A stretch of DNA of 64,000 nt from positions 55,699 to 119,698 of the forward strand of contig JAKVOO010000001.1 of the NCBI GenBank assembly GCA_022482735.1, given 5' to 3'. Source of the DNA: Bacilli bacterium. GTDB lineage: Bacteria > Bacillota_I > Bacilli_A > RFN20 > CAG-826. Shown one piece after another: positions 9,852 to 20,707 of this stretch. A program made the translations under genes and the position numbers. How positions within the stretch are numbered: the stretch's first letter is position 1; each line of letters opens with the position of its first letter. Below the pieces are notes generated by a model. The model was not told where the DNA came from, searched no databases, and saw nothing but the letters and a program-made list of their open reading frames with translations.

Positions 9852-11207
9852 ATGGCTAATTCTAAGAAGATTCTTACCTTAGGCATCAGTGTTTTAACTG
9901 TAATGACATTGGCATCATGTGGTTCGAGTGGTGAAGACACACGAGTTGCTGATATTGTTGCTGAAGCGGAAAAAATGGACCGCAATGAACTATATGCCAA
10001 GGCAATTGAAGAATTGGACGGCAAGACGATGGAAGCGGTAGGAAATTCTTCCCGTGGCAAAACGGCTAAAGAATATTTCCTCGCTTATTTGCAAGGCAAA
10101 AAGTATGATAGTTCAACACAAACGTATGTTGTGGATGAGGCTATTCGCCAAGAGTTCCCCGGTTATAAGGAGGATTTCAGCGGAAAAATCAACTGGAGTC
10201 AACCGAAGAACAACAAGATTTTTTCTCAAATTTCAGCTGATGTTAGGGCGAGCAACCATGTTTTGTCAATGACTTTGATTCAGGATGGAAATCAGATTCA
10301 ATCAAAGATGCTCAATACTGGGTATCTATTAAACTACATTCCAAAGGAATGGGCGGGAAGTGAAGAGGATAATGGACATCCATTTGCCCTTCAATCATTG
10401 AATAAAGTTTTCATGTTTAATAACTTAGGCGAAAATGTTGATTACAGCAACGTTTGGGACTTTGTTGAAGATGGCAGCGCGCCAATGTTCATGGGTGTTG
10501 ATAGTGAACCGGTTGGAAAGAACTTCCTCTATATGCTCACTAACGAACATTACGCTGCTATTATGAAACAAGCCTATGAAGCCTACAAATTAGAGAGTGG
10601 CTCGCAAGATTTCGATGATGAAATTGATGCAATGGCAGAAACTGTAACTGATTTAGGGCTATCTAGTCCAGATGCAAAATATTCACTAGCTTGGATTAAG
10701 CGTTGGGTTACTCAATACAACGAACAAACGGACGATGGCCCAATTTGTAATAGTCTTGTTCAAACAAGTGCAGCTGGACAATCAGCTTTGATTGTCTATA
10801 GCAAACTGCGGTCAGTCGAAGAAACCGCTGAAGCATCCAAAAAGAATGTGACGATTGCGGCTTACCAAAGTGGTTACGAGGGTGTTGGTGGCTTTATGTA
10901 TAAGCACTATCTACAAGTATTGAAGAGCTCACCATATCCATGGACTTCATGTGCATTTATTCACTTTATGACAACGACTGCTGATGGATTCAGCCCTTGG
11001 GGCAAAGACATCGGTGGCTATTGCTCAAATCCATCGGCCAACGTCGATCATACCAATGATGGCGGCGAAGATTATCCAGCGATGAATGATAGAGGCTATA
11101 ATTGGTGGAGTAGTCAGGAAGAAGGTAAAGGTCGGATGGTAATAGAAGATCCAGCCTATGTGTCTAGTGTCAGCTATAACGTTGGGGACTGGATTGACTT
11201 ACTCTAA
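9852..11207 (+). CDS. ABC transporter substrate-binding lipoprotein
   Basis: SD ggagg precedes ATG 9852. Lipobox LTVMTLASCGSSG. Followed by permease and ATPase genes. Confidence 0.7.
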   Translation: MANSKKILTLGISVLTVMTLASCGSSGEDTRVADIVAEAEKMDRNELYAKAIEELDGKTMEAVGNSSRGKTAKEYFLAYLQGKKYDSSTQTYVVDEAIRQEFPGYKEDFSGKINWSQPKNNKIFSQISADVRASNHVLSMTLIQDGNQIQSKMLNTGYLLNYIPKEWAGSEEDNGHPFALQSLNKVFMFNNLGENVDYSNVWDFVEDGSAPMFMGVDSEPVGKNFLYMLTNEHYAAIMKQAYEAYKLESGSQDFDDEIDAMAETVTDLGLSSPDAKYSLAWIKRWVTQYNEQTDDGPICNSLVQTSAAGQSALIVYSKLRSVEETAEASKKNVTIAAYQSGYEGVGGFMYKHYLQVLKSSPYPWTSCAFIHFMTTTADGFSPWGKDIGGYCSNPSANVDHTNDGGEDYPAMNDRGYNWWSSQEEGKGRMVIEDPAYVSSVSYNVGDWIDLL

Positions 11208-11299
11208 TTCTATTTAAAATATGAGCCTATTTTTTGCGGACAAACTTTCAAAAAAGGGGCGCTTAAAATGCGCCCCTTACTCTAATTGAGGCAGGAAAA

Positions 11300-13102
11300 A
11301 TGGAACAAACACTCAATAATCGTATGCCATCACCCGCTTTCCGTCGCTTTCGTAAGATAACGAATTTTTTTAAGAAACCTCAAAACGTTATTCTATTAGT
11401 TTTGGGCATCTTACTATCGATTTTTACAATTGTACCAATTGTTGCCATCGTGCGTGACGCTTTCGTCATTCATACTGGAACAATTGAATCGGATAGTACG
11501 GGAAGAGTCGATGGATATACTTTATGGAACTTTATTGACTTATTTACTGGTTCCCTTGCAAAGAAGAATTTATGGATTCCGCTTGGAAACACCTTGGCAA
11601 TGAGCGTAATTGCCTGTTTTACAGCTCTTCTTTTTGGCGGACTGGTTGCCTATCTTATCACAAGAACAAATTTAAAATATAAGAAATATATAAGTTCAAT
11701 CTTTATTTTCCCTTATATCATGCCACAGTGGACACTGGCGATGGTTTGGCGCAATTTATTTAACAGCGCAAGCGTAACTGGTGGTGCTGATGGTTTATTA
11801 GCAGCTCTTTTTAATATCCGTTTACCTTTATGGTGGTGTTCAGGCCTTTTTCCGAGTGCTATCGTTTTAGGTCTACACTATGCTCCATTTGCTTACATCT
11901 TAATCGGGGGCATTTTTAAAAATATGGATGCGAACTTAGAAGAAGCGGCAACAATTTTAAATACCCCGCGCTGGAAAATATTTACGCGCGTGACTCTTCC
12001 TATGGTAAAACCAGCCATTCTTTCAACTATTCTTCTTGTATTTAGTAGTGCGATGGGATCATATCCAGTTCCGCATTACTTGAATTTCACGACGATGGCG
12101 ACTCGCTATGTTGAAATTAATGGTTCTCGTCCAGGAGCAAGTAGCATTATTGCTATCATTATGATGCTTATCGGAGTGGGAATTCTTCTTGTTAATCAGG
12201 CTTCAACCAGTGGGCGAAAGCAATATACGACCGTTACCGGTAAATCTGGTCAGGCAAGCAAAATCAACCTAGGAAAAATTGGAAAGTATGCTCTAGGGAT
12301 AATCCTAATTGTGGCTACTTTCTTTACGAGTATATATCCAATTATATCTTTTACAATGGAAACTTTTCTTCCTAATCCCGGCGATTATAGTGGTTTCACT
12401 TTAAAATGGTGGATCACTTCGAATGCGGGAGGAGAAAATGGCCTCTATGGTAATTTAGGTATTCTTTATAACAAGGAAATATGGAACTCATTTTTGGGAA
12501 CCTTACGCGTGGCATTTGTGGCCAGTATACTAGCAGGAACAATTGGCTTTCTTGTCGGATATGCCGTCAGCAAGAGTCGCAAGAGCAAATGGGCGGGATA
12601 TGTGAATGGAATTGCCTTTTTACCCTATCTTCTTCCTTCTTTAGCTGTCGGCGCTGCCTACTTTGTTATTGGACTGGAATTCTCAATTTGGGGAACCTAT
12701 CTACTATTCATTCTTGTTGGAACAATAAAATATATTCCCTTCTCTAGTCGTTCATCACTTAATGCAATGATGCAGATCAGTGGAGAAATTGAAGAAGCAG
12801 GAATTATTCAAAATATTCCATGGTGGAAGCGGATGCTGAAGATTGTCGTTCCAATTCAAAAGACATCTATTATCAGCGGCTATCTATTACCATTTATTAC
12901 TGCAATGCGTGAATTAACGTTATTCATGATGCTCGGTCCGATGGGAATGATTGTCACTACGATGCTTGATTATTACGATGAGATGGGGCTATATGCCTTC
13001 TCAAGTGGTATCAACTTAATTCTTATTATTACAATTTTACTCTGCAACTGGCTGATTAATAAATTAACAGGAGCCAGTCTTGATAAGAGTATTGGAGGAT
13101 AA
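11300..13102 (+). CDS. ABC transporter permease, fused two-domain (12-TM) type (FbpB/PotBC-like)
   Basis: 600 aa, highly hydrophobic, with two repeated permease halves. Operon context. Confidence 0.75.
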   Translation: MEQTLNNRMPSPAFRRFRKITNFFKKPQNVILLVLGILLSIFTIVPIVAIVRDAFVIHTGTIESDSTGRVDGYTLWNFIDLFTGSLAKKNLWIPLGNTLAMSVIACFTALLFGGLVAYLITRTNLKYKKYISSIFIFPYIMPQWTLAMVWRNLFNSASVTGGADGLLAALFNIRLPLWWCSGLFPSAIVLGLHYAPFAYILIGGIFKNMDANLEEAATILNTPRWKIFTRVTLPMVKPAILSTILLVFSSAMGSYPVPHYLNFTTMATRYVEINGSRPGASSIIAIIMMLIGVGILLVNQASTSGRKQYTTVTGKSGQASKINLGKIGKYALGIILIVATFFTSIYPIISFTMETFLPNPGDYSGFTLKWWITSNAGGENGLYGNLGILYNKEIWNSFLGTLRVAFVASILAGTIGFLVGYAVSKSRKSKWAGYVNGIAFLPYLLPSLAVGAAYFVIGLEFSIWGTYLLFILVGTIKYIPFSSRSSLNAMMQISGEIEEAGIIQNIPWWKRMLKIVVPIQKTSIISGYLLPFITAMRELTLFMMLGPMGMIVTTMLDYYDEMGLYAFSSGINLILIITILLCNWLINKLTGASLDKSIGG

Positions 13103-13105
13103 AAT

Positions 13106-14758
13106 ATGCCAGAAATAAAACTTACCAATGTCAGTAAGCGTTGGGGTAATTACTATGCAGTTGACCACCTTGATTTGACAATTGAAAATAACTCATTTGT
13201 AACCCTTTTGGGTCCATCGGGCTGTGGCAAGACGACAACCTTACGAATGATTGCGGGGTTAGAAACGCCGACCGAAGGAAAAATCACTATCGGTGATCAG
13301 GTGGTCTTTGATAGTGAGCGCGAGATAAATATTCCCGCTAGTAAACGACGGGTGGGTTTTCTTTTTCAAAACTATGCCTTGTGGCCGAATATGACAGTTT
13401 ATAATAATATAGCTTTTGGCCTTAAAAATATTAAAGAGACCTTGCCTTTTATCTCCCATGATGCCAAAAAATGGGCTAAATTTATCGCGATTTTAAATAA
13501 ACCTAAGGAACTTATTAAAAATATCAACGACTGCAAAAATAAAAAAGGGCAAATAGACAATAAAAAAGTTTTGATAAAATTAATCGACAGTTATGAGCTT
13601 TCAATGGCATCAGCAAAAGAACTTTTTTCCTTAAAAATTCATCTTCTTGAAAATGAAGAATTAGAACAAAGAATAGCCGATCTTTGCAAACGTTATCAAA
13701 CGAACATTGACAAAGTAAAAACCAATCTAGCAAAAGAGGGCAAAGAATTGGATGAGTCATTTGCAATTACCAAAAATGGCCAGTTATTGCTAAAAGAGCG
13801 AAAACTAGACAAAGAGGAAGTTGACCTTCGCGTGCGAGCGGTGAGTAGAATTGTTAAAATCGGTGAGTTTATGGATCGTTATCCGAGTGAACTATCGGGT
13901 GGTCAACAGCAAAGAGTAGCGATTGCGCGGACCTTGGCTCCTGAACCTAAAGTGCTATTCATGGATGAACCATTAAGCAATCTAGATGCCAAATTACGTT
14001 TAGAGATGCGCTCCGAGTTGCAAAGGCTTCATCACGATACCAATGCGACATTTGTTTATGTGACCCATGATCAATTAGAGGCGATGACTTTAGCCACTAA
14101 AATCTGTTTGATAAACAATGGAGTTGTTCAACAAGATGCGGCTCCACTCGACATCTATAAAAAGCCGGCTAATCTTTTCGTTGCTGATTTTGTGGGCAAT
14201 CCTTCCATTAACTTTATTGAAGCTAAAGGCAAGCAAAAAGAAAATAGTTTTATTGATTTAGAAGTTTTCTTAAATCATCAAATCCATTTTACTTTCGATA
14301 AGCCCGTGGATTTATCAGCAGTGCATAAAGATATTAGAAAGCAAGAAATGGATGCTAAAAGTCAAGATGAAGTAAATAAGAATCACAAAGGATACGTTGA
14401 GAAGGGGAACAAAGATATTAGTTTTAAGTATCACATCGCAAAAGTTGACGAAGTAGAAGCGACTAAAGATGAGGAAGATATAACTGATGATGACTATGTC
14501 ATCGGCGTGCGTCCTGAGTTTATCGATTTTAAAGCAGATGGCGAATTTGAGGGAACTATTTATAGCGCGATGCCGGCTGGAATGGAAACGACAGTTAAGG
14601 TTCAAGTGGGAGAATACCTCTTAACTGGGGTTATCTTTGGCGGTGTAATCTATCATCTAGGGGAGAAGATGCGCTTTGATTTTAAGGGAAAAGAAATACT
14701 TCTTTTTGATCGACGTAGCGGCCGCTTAATCAGTCAGGGAACATGCAAATTGCTCTAA
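13106..14758 (+). CDS. ABC transporter ATP-binding protein (PotA/MalK-like) with a large internal insertion
   Basis: Walker A GPSGCGKTT, Q-loop FQNYALWP, signature [13 protein letters not shown], Walker B LFMDEP. The signature sits near residue 262, whereas it usually lies about 45-55 residues after the Q-loop. Confidence 0.85.
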   Translation: MPEIKLTNVSKRWGNYYAVDHLDLTIENNSFVTLLGPSGCGKTTTLRMIAGLETPTEGKITIGDQVVFDSEREINIPASKRRVGFLFQNYALWPNMTVYNNIAFGLKNIKETLPFISHDAKKWAKFIAILNKPKELIKNINDCKNKKGQIDNKKVLIKLIDSYELSMASAKELFSLKIHLLENEELEQRIADLCKRYQTNIDKVKTNLAKEGKELDESFAITKNGQLLLKERKLDKEEVDLRVRAVSRIVKIGEFMDRYPSELSGGQQQRVAIARTLAPEPKVLFMDEPLSNLDAKLRLEMRSELQRLHHDTNATFVYVTHDQLEAMTLATKICLINNGVVQQDAAPLDIYKKPANLFVADFVGNPSINFIEAKGKQKENSFIDLEVFLNHQIHFTFDKPVDLSAVHKDIRKQEMDAKSQDEVNKNHKGYVEKGNKDISFKYHIAKVDEVEATKDEEDITDDDYVIGVRPEFIDFKADGEFEGTIYSAMPAGMETTVKVQVGEYLLTGVIFGGVIYHLGEKMRFDFKGKEILLFDRRSGRLISQGTCKLL

Positions 14759-14876
14759 ATTTATCATTAAAGAAAGTCTCTTTTATTAGAGACTTTTTTT
14801 GTTATATACATAAGTCATATTAGGCGACTTTTTTGGGGATTATGATAAACTTAAAGCAAATAAGGAGCAAATAAAT

Positions 14877-15623
14877 ATGTATAAAATAGTTTTAGTCCGG
14901 CATGGCGAAAGCGAATGGAATAAACTAAATCTCTTCACTGGTTGGACCGATGTCGGTTTATCAGGTACGGGAGTAAATGAGGCGAAATCCGCGGGTGCGG
15001 TTTTAAAGGCCAATGGTTACCGATTTGATGTATGTTACACTTCATTTTTGAAGCGAGCGATTCATACCGAGGAATATATTTTAGATGCATTGGATGAGAA
15101 CTGGATTCCAGTTATTAAGTCATGGAAATTAAATGAGCGTCACTATGGCGCTTTGCAAGGTTTGAATAAGGCGGAGACAGCCGCGAAGTATGGTGAGAGT
15201 CAAGTGCAGATTTGGCGCCGCTCATTTGATGTGCGACCGCCTGAGCTTGATCATCAGGCGGCAGAAGCTTTGCATTTGTTGCCGCAGTATCAAAATGTGC
15301 CATATGATGAACTACCTCATGGGGAAAGTTTAAAAGATACGATTGCGCGGGTCGTACCTTATTTTGAAACGGAGATTAAGCCCCAAATAGTAAGCGAAAA
15401 AAATGTCATTATCGTCGCCCATGGCAATTCGCTTCGCGCCTTAGTTAAATACTTTGAAAAGCTTTCTGATGATGAAATTGCGGCGGTAAATATCCCGACT
15501 GGGACCCCACTTGTCTACGAATTGGATTTCAACTTTACCGTCCTTAAGAAATATTATCTTGGGGATGAAAAAGCTGTCGCTGAAAAAGAGAAAGCAGTTG
15601 CCAACCAAGGAAAAAAGATATAA
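14877..15623 (+). CDS. gpmA: 2,3-bisphosphoglycerate-dependent phosphoglycerate mutase
   Basis: [18 protein letters not shown] and ERHYGALQG motifs. Confidence 0.9.
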   Translation: MYKIVLVRHGESEWNKLNLFTGWTDVGLSGTGVNEAKSAGAVLKANGYRFDVCYTSFLKRAIHTEEYILDALDENWIPVIKSWKLNERHYGALQGLNKAETAAKYGESQVQIWRRSFDVRPPELDHQAAEALHLLPQYQNVPYDELPHGESLKDTIARVVPYFETEIKPQIVSEKNVIIVAHGNSLRALVKYFEKLSDDEIAAVNIPTGTPLVYELDFNFTVLKKYYLGDEKAVAEKEKAVANQGKKI

Positions 15624-15650
15624 CTTTATGCTATAGCGGAGGAAAGTTCA

Positions 15651-16724
15651 ATGGCTATTTATGCATACTATTCAACTCCTCTTTTAGTTGATAATCAATT
15701 ACCTTTATGGCCTAATAGTGACAAAAAGCCTATCCGCCTATTTTCTTCGCGCGCAAGAGCCTTACTGGAAGCAATCGATTATTCCTTTCCTAACATCAAT
15801 GAAATGGCCGGAAATGTGATTGAGTATCAAGAATCTTTTCCTAACGAACTCTTAAAGTTATATCAGGGAAAACGATGTTTAATAAGTAAAGTGCAATTAA
15901 TGGTAAAAAATCAGGACATATTAACTCCCGATAGCATTGTCATTGAAAAGGAAGAAATTGATGATATCCATTATGCACTTTTGAAAGAAATAGAAGCGGG
16001 AAATTTAATTTTTAAGAATTATTTTTCACTTTCGAAACTCGAAGTTAAAAAAATTGAAATTGAAGTTGTTTACCGAATATTGAAGAATAGTTGGCACCAG
16101 ACAAGAACTTTAGAATCATCTTTTTATTATGCCTATTTTCCACAGGCGATGGCGATGGCTAATCAAATGGATCCCAAGATAGCAATCGGTTCGGAAGTGA
16201 TAGAAACTGAACGTATGATTTTACGCGCTTTTCGAAACGATGACTTAAGCGATCTATTTGCTTATGCCTCTAATCCGGAGGTCGGACCGCATGCTGGATG
16301 GCCGGCGCATAAGAATCTTGACGAGTCAAAGCGAATTCTTAATTTATTTATCAATGGCGATAAGACATTTGCCATTGTAATGCGCGACACGGGGAAAGTC
16401 GTTGGCTCGATTGGTATTGAGAAACGTTCGATTGATCTTGGTCAGGAGTTTTATCGTCTCGCATCAAAAGAAATCGGGTATGTTTTAGCCTATGAGTATT
16501 GGGGACGTGGATTGATGCCTGAGGCGGTAAAAGCAGTGATAAAATGGTGCTTTGAAAATAAAGGCATCGATATACTTACCTGTGGTCACTTTATAAGCAA
16601 TGGGCAATCGCAAAGGGTAATTGAAAAGTGCGGCTTTAGTTATTACAAAACGATAGCGTATAAAACTCAAAACAACAGCCTTGAGACAACAAGACTTTAT
16701 ACATTAAGCAAGCGAGCAAGATAA
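15651..16724 (+). CDS. GNAT family N-acetyltransferase (RimJ/RimL-like) with an unknown N-terminal domain of about 185 aa
   Basis: The C-terminal half (ERMILRAF...IGYVLAYEYWGRGLMPEAV...QRVIEKCGF) is typical of GNAT acetyltransferases. Confidence 0.65.
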   Translation: MAIYAYYSTPLLVDNQLPLWPNSDKKPIRLFSSRARALLEAIDYSFPNINEMAGNVIEYQESFPNELLKLYQGKRCLISKVQLMVKNQDILTPDSIVIEKEEIDDIHYALLKEIEAGNLIFKNYFSLSKLEVKKIEIEVVYRILKNSWHQTRTLESSFYYAYFPQAMAMANQMDPKIAIGSEVIETERMILRAFRNDDLSDLFAYASNPEVGPHAGWPAHKNLDESKRILNLFINGDKTFAIVMRDTGKVVGSIGIEKRSIDLGQEFYRLASKEIGYVLAYEYWGRGLMPEAVKAVIKWCFENKGIDILTCGHFISNGQSQRVIEKCGFSYYKTIAYKTQNNSLETTRLYTLSKRAR

Positions 16725-16725
16725 T

Positions 16726-17568
16726 ATGGGATTCTTAAAAAAAGATAAAATAGGAATAGTTTTTAGTGGTGGCGGTGGAAAGGGTGCGTATGAAGCGGGA
16801 GTCTGGCAGGCGCTTCGCGAAAAAAAACTCGATCGAAATATCACCGGTGTGGCGGGGACTTCAATCGGAGGATTGACCGCAATTCTTTTTGCTATGGACG
16901 ATTTTGCCTCGGCGATTAATTTGTGGGAAGAAGCCAAAATTCAGGATAAAAACATGCCTTCTTTTCTTTCAAATTCCATCACAAAAAATGTGGCTAAGCG
17001 CGTTAGTAACAAGTTGACTCCTGAAGAGATGTACTCGGCTTTTGATAATTGGTTTCGCTCGAAATTTTTGCGCTCCAAAAAGTTGGAGCAATTAATTAAA
17101 AGCCAAGTAGACAATGATATCTTAAGGAAAAGTCAAAGAGTTTGTTTTGTTACTTGTCATGATTTAGTCCGCAAGGAAGTTGTCTATTATAACGTTTCAA
17201 AGATGGAAAATAGTGATGATATCTACAAAGTCGTTCAAGCCACCGCCTCAATCCCATTTATTTTTCATCCAATAAAACTAGATAATCGACGTTTAGTCGA
17301 TGGCGGTATCAGTGATAATACGCCGATTAAGCCACTTTACGATGCCGGCTTTACCAAAATTATTGTTGTCAAACTTAAAAAAGAAGATGACAAATATGCC
17401 GAACTTTTTCCAAATGCCAAAATATCCGTTCTCAATCCGAGTCAAGAACTGGGTGGTTTTTTGGATGGGTCACTTAACTTTTATGCCTCATCGATCGATG
17501 AGAAGTGGTCGCAAGGATATTTAGATATGCTGACTTTTATTAAAGAAAATCGAAAAATGTTCAAATGA
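16726..17568 (+). CDS. patatin-like phospholipase
   Basis: GGGGKGAYEAGV oxyanion motif, GTSIGG nucleophile elbow, DGG catalytic Asp motif. Confidence 0.8.
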   Translation: MGFLKKDKIGIVFSGGGGKGAYEAGVWQALREKKLDRNITGVAGTSIGGLTAILFAMDDFASAINLWEEAKIQDKNMPSFLSNSITKNVAKRVSNKLTPEEMYSAFDNWFRSKFLRSKKLEQLIKSQVDNDILRKSQRVCFVTCHDLVRKEVVYYNVSKMENSDDIYKVVQATASIPFIFHPIKLDNRRLVDGGISDNTPIKPLYDAGFTKIIVVKLKKEDDKYAELFPNAKISVLNPSQELGGFLDGSLNFYASSIDEKWSQGYLDMLTFIKENRKMFK

Positions 17569-17712
17569 TATCGGGCAAAAAAGCACCTTTTTATCTAACT
17601 TTTTTCATTTGTAAATTTTGAAAGCGCTTTCTAATGGGCTATTTTAAAAAAAACAATTTTTTTTGTTGCAATAACCGATAAAATACACTTAAAAATTTAT
17701 GGAGGGCATATT

Positions 17713-18564
17713 TTGAAAAAGAAATTTAGCAGTTTACTTCTTTTGGCGGCGTCACTACTTGTAGTTGCAAGTTGTGAAAAAGGTGGAACATCTAGTTCAC
17801 CAAGTGACAGCGCCAGCGAATCGTTGTCGGAGAGTTTAGACGGAACTTCCTTATCAGAAGGAACTTCTGAAGTAGAACTTGTCGTTCCCGAAGTGGGCGA
17901 AACCTTTTCGGCCTCATGGCCATCGGCGGCGGTTAGTTCTGTTTTAGGCGGGGTAAATGTCGTTGTCCCTGAGTTTACTTCACCAGCAGGCTTTGCCTAT
18001 ATCGCGGTTGAAGATGATTCTGGCGATTATATTTACATTCATACTTTATTTGACGAGTCGGGTGAAGACATATACTCATCAGTTCTTACTAATGCTGGAT
18101 GGACCGTTGATGACACCTCGTATGATGACTATGGTCTAGTGGCAATTGATAGCACCGAACTCGTTGCGGTTCAATTTTATCACTATGAGGGCGAAATCAT
18201 TTTTATGGTTTTCTTGGTTCCAGAAGAGCAAGAAGATGACTTTATCGAATCGGCTACCTGGCCGGCCGGTGCCATCGTTGAATTACTGGGAAGCTCGGTT
18301 TCAGTTCCAGCCTATGTTGGAGAAGGCCCTTTCTTCTATGCGATTTTAGAGGATGATTACGGCGAATATATTGCCGTCTATACCTCCGCTACTTCTACCG
18401 CTAGTGAAGATAGCTATGTTGCAGCTTTACAGGCCGCCGGTTGGACCATCGACTCCGATTACTACGATGATTATGGTTATTTTGCTGATGATGCCACAGA
18501 AAGTGTTGAAATTCAATTCTACTACTGGGATGGCACGATCGTTTTCTACATCTACGCTTTATAA
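17713..18564 (+). CDS. acidic surface lipoprotein with two tandem domains of about 105 aa
   Basis: Lipobox LLVVASC. There is an internal duplication: SASWPSAAV...AGWTVDD...VQFYHYEGEIIFMVF versus SATWPAGAI...AGWTIDS...IQFYYWDGTIVFYIY. Confidence 0.65.
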   Translation: MKKKFSSLLLLAASLLVVASCEKGGTSSSPSDSASESLSESLDGTSLSEGTSEVELVVPEVGETFSASWPSAAVSSVLGGVNVVVPEFTSPAGFAYIAVEDDSGDYIYIHTLFDESGEDIYSSVLTNAGWTVDDTSYDDYGLVAIDSTELVAVQFYHYEGEIIFMVFLVPEEQEDDFIESATWPAGAIVELLGSSVSVPAYVGEGPFFYAILEDDYGEYIAVYTSATSTASEDSYVAALQAAGWTIDSDYYDDYGYFADDATESVEIQFYYWDGTIVFYIYAL

Positions 18565-18649
18565 TTTTTCGTTAAAACGAGGACTAATCGAAATGATTAG
18601 TCCTTTTTTTATGCCCAAAGGTTATAATAAATCCAAAGGAGCAATACAT

Positions 18650-19177
18650 ATGGATGTGGAAGAAGCTATGCTCAAACGGCGAAGCGTTAGACAATTTACC
18701 GAGGAAAAGGTTACTGAACAGCAAATCGATAAGCTCCTGCATTATGCAATGAGCGGTCCTTCAGGACTAAACCGCCAACCATGGGAATTTTATGTGATAA
18801 AAAACGAGGAAATTAATAATAAGATTATCGATGCGGGACGCTTCAGTAAGCATCATAGTCCGCTGAAAATTATTGTCGCGGGCAATACCCACCGCGCTTT
18901 GCCCTTAAAAATGAAGCAAATATGGATTCAAGACTGCTCAGCCGCAATCGAAAACATCTTGCTTGGGGTCACTAGTTTAAGCCTTGGAGCCTGCTGGGAA
19001 GGAGTATACCCGCAAGAAAAATTTGTTTTGCGAATCCAAAGTATATTGAATCTTCCGTCGCATATTATTCCATTGGCAGTTATATCTATCGGCCATCCGA
19101 AAGGTGAAGTGATACCTCGCGATCAATATAACAGTCGATACGTACATTTTGTGGGTGAGGAAAATGCGATTATCTAG
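18650..19177 (+). CDS. nitroreductase family protein
   Basis: MLKRRSVRQF...NRQPWEF motifs. ATG 18650 follows aaagga. Confidence 0.75.
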   Translation: MDVEEAMLKRRSVRQFTEEKVTEQQIDKLLHYAMSGPSGLNRQPWEFYVIKNEEINNKIIDAGRFSKHHSPLKIIVAGNTHRALPLKMKQIWIQDCSAAIENILLGVTSLSLGACWEGVYPQEKFVLRIQSILNLPSHIIPLAVISIGHPKGEVIPRDQYNSRYVHFVGEENAII

Positions 19178-19574
19178 ACGTGTTGCTTTAACTACTGGTA
19201 TAGCGATGACAGCAGGTGTCACCCTTGTGTTAGCTAGCTTAGCCTTACTACTACCGCGCTCATTATCATCTTTAATCAATCGCAAAGAAATAAGCGCCAT
19301 TACTTATGTTAATGGTCAGGGTGAATATTTTCTTCCAAGTGAAGCATATGATGATTTTTTTGTTAGTCTTAAAGAAATAAAGTTTCAAGTTCAATATGGT
19401 CCCACATGCAATTGTATCAGCTCGTATAGCTTGAAATTATATTATATAGACGGCCATAAAGGTCTAATAAATGGATATTATTATAATCTTAATCTCTTTG
19501 GTGATCAGTCGGCTACAGCAATTAAATTTGTGCAGGGCGATATATCAAATCTTGCTCACTTTTTTGCCTTATAA
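19164..19574 (+). CDS. hypothetical membrane-anchored protein
   Basis: ORF with an N-terminal TM helix. The start is uncertain (19149 or 19164). Confidence 0.4.
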   Translation: MRLSRRVALTTGIAMTAGVTLVLASLALLLPRSLSSLINRKEISAITYVNGQGEYFLPSEAYDDFFVSLKEIKFQVQYGPTCNCISSYSLKLYYIDGHKGLINGYYYNLNLFGDQSATAIKFVQGDISNLAHFFAL

Positions 19575-19684
19575 AATCAAAATAAGTCTTTTCCGATTGC
19601 CTTTTTAAAGACAATAAGTATTTATTCATGGGCCCCTATGGATTGTTTTTAACTAACTATGAGAAAATTGGTTATAATAGGCCT

Positions 19685-20092
19685 ATGAAAAGCGAAAAGA
19701 GTTGTGGAGCAGTTTTATACTTTCGTAGCGAAGATGGAATCTTATTTTTAATTGAAAAAATGAACAAAGGCCATTATGCCTTGGTAAAGGGACATGTTGA
19801 GCGCCAAGAAACAGAACTAGAGACGGCGTTAAGAGAGATTAAAGAAGAAACTAACCTTGATGCGAAAATTGACACTTCTTTTCGGCTTGAAACGGAATAT
19901 GCGCCCGCAATTGGAGTAATGAAGAAAGTCGTTTACTTTATTGGGGAGTTAATAAGTCAAAAGGCAATTCCTCAAGCAGAAGAGGTAAAAGAAATTCTCT
20001 TCTTACCTTTTGATCAAGCCTATTCGATCTTGACATATCAAAATGATAAAGCCATCTTGAAATCTGCCATCGAATATATAAATAGAAAGTGA
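19685..20092 (+). CDS. NUDIX hydrolase
   Basis: Nudix box GHVERQETELETALREIKEETNL. Confidence 0.8.
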   Translation: MKSEKSCGAVLYFRSEDGILFLIEKMNKGHYALVKGHVERQETELETALREIKEETNLDAKIDTSFRLETEYAPAIGVMKKVVYFIGELISQKAIPQAEEVKEILFLPFDQAYSILTYQNDKAILKSAIEYINRK

Positions 20093-20101
20093 ATTATTAA
20101 A

Positions 20102-20599
20102 ATGATCGCACTAAGCTCGGTTACAAGAAAAAATCCAATCAAAGTATGGCTTCTTTTTCCATTATTAATTGGCTGTTCATCAAAAATTTCGGGTCCATCC
20201 TTTTCGGGAACAAAAATAACGCTTGATGCTAGCAGTTACGGCGTCAGTGAGAACATTGAAATACCTAGTAACGACGATTTCGACCAAAAACGAGTAGCTA
20301 AAGAATCCTTTATTCTTTATTTTTACAATACACTATGCCCTCATTGTGTTCAGTTTTCGCCCATTGTGGAGGCGTTTTCTCGTCAAGAGCAAATCGCTAT
20401 TTATAAGCTTTCTTCCTCGCTGGTTGATTATAGTGATTACATAGGAAAAGTATCACCGGAAATTCCAAGTATCATTATATTTTCTCAAGGTGAACTATTA
20501 GCCCGGCTTGATCCCCAGGTGGAAGAAAATCAAGTTTATTATCAAAATATAATGAATTTACAGGTTTGGATATATACTTTTATTACTTCCAAGCCTTAA
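20102..20599 (+). CDS. thioredoxin-fold lipoprotein
   Basis: Lipobox LLIGCSS and CPHC redox motif. Confidence 0.6.
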   Translation: MIALSSVTRKNPIKVWLLFPLLIGCSSKISGPSFSGTKITLDASSYGVSENIEIPSNDDFDQKRVAKESFILYFYNTLCPHCVQFSPIVEAFSRQEQIAIYKLSSSLVDYSDYIGKVSPEIPSIIIFSQGELLARLDPQVEENQVYYQNIMNLQVWIYTFITSKP

Positions 20600-20707
20600 T
20601 TTTTTTGACTAAAAAATTTGTTTTTAAATAATAAAAGGCGAAAAAAGCTAATAATTTGATACTTGATTTTTTTTCTTGCTTAACAAAAAAGTAAATAATG
20701 GTAAAAT

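Noticed and set aside
17957-18650. Several overlapping alternative-frame ORFs (17957..18139, 18146..18349, and the 18353 N-terminal extension of the nitroreductase)
   Set aside because: They lie in alternative frames of the acidic lipoprotein gene. The nitroreductase homology begins only at ATG 18650, after an SD.
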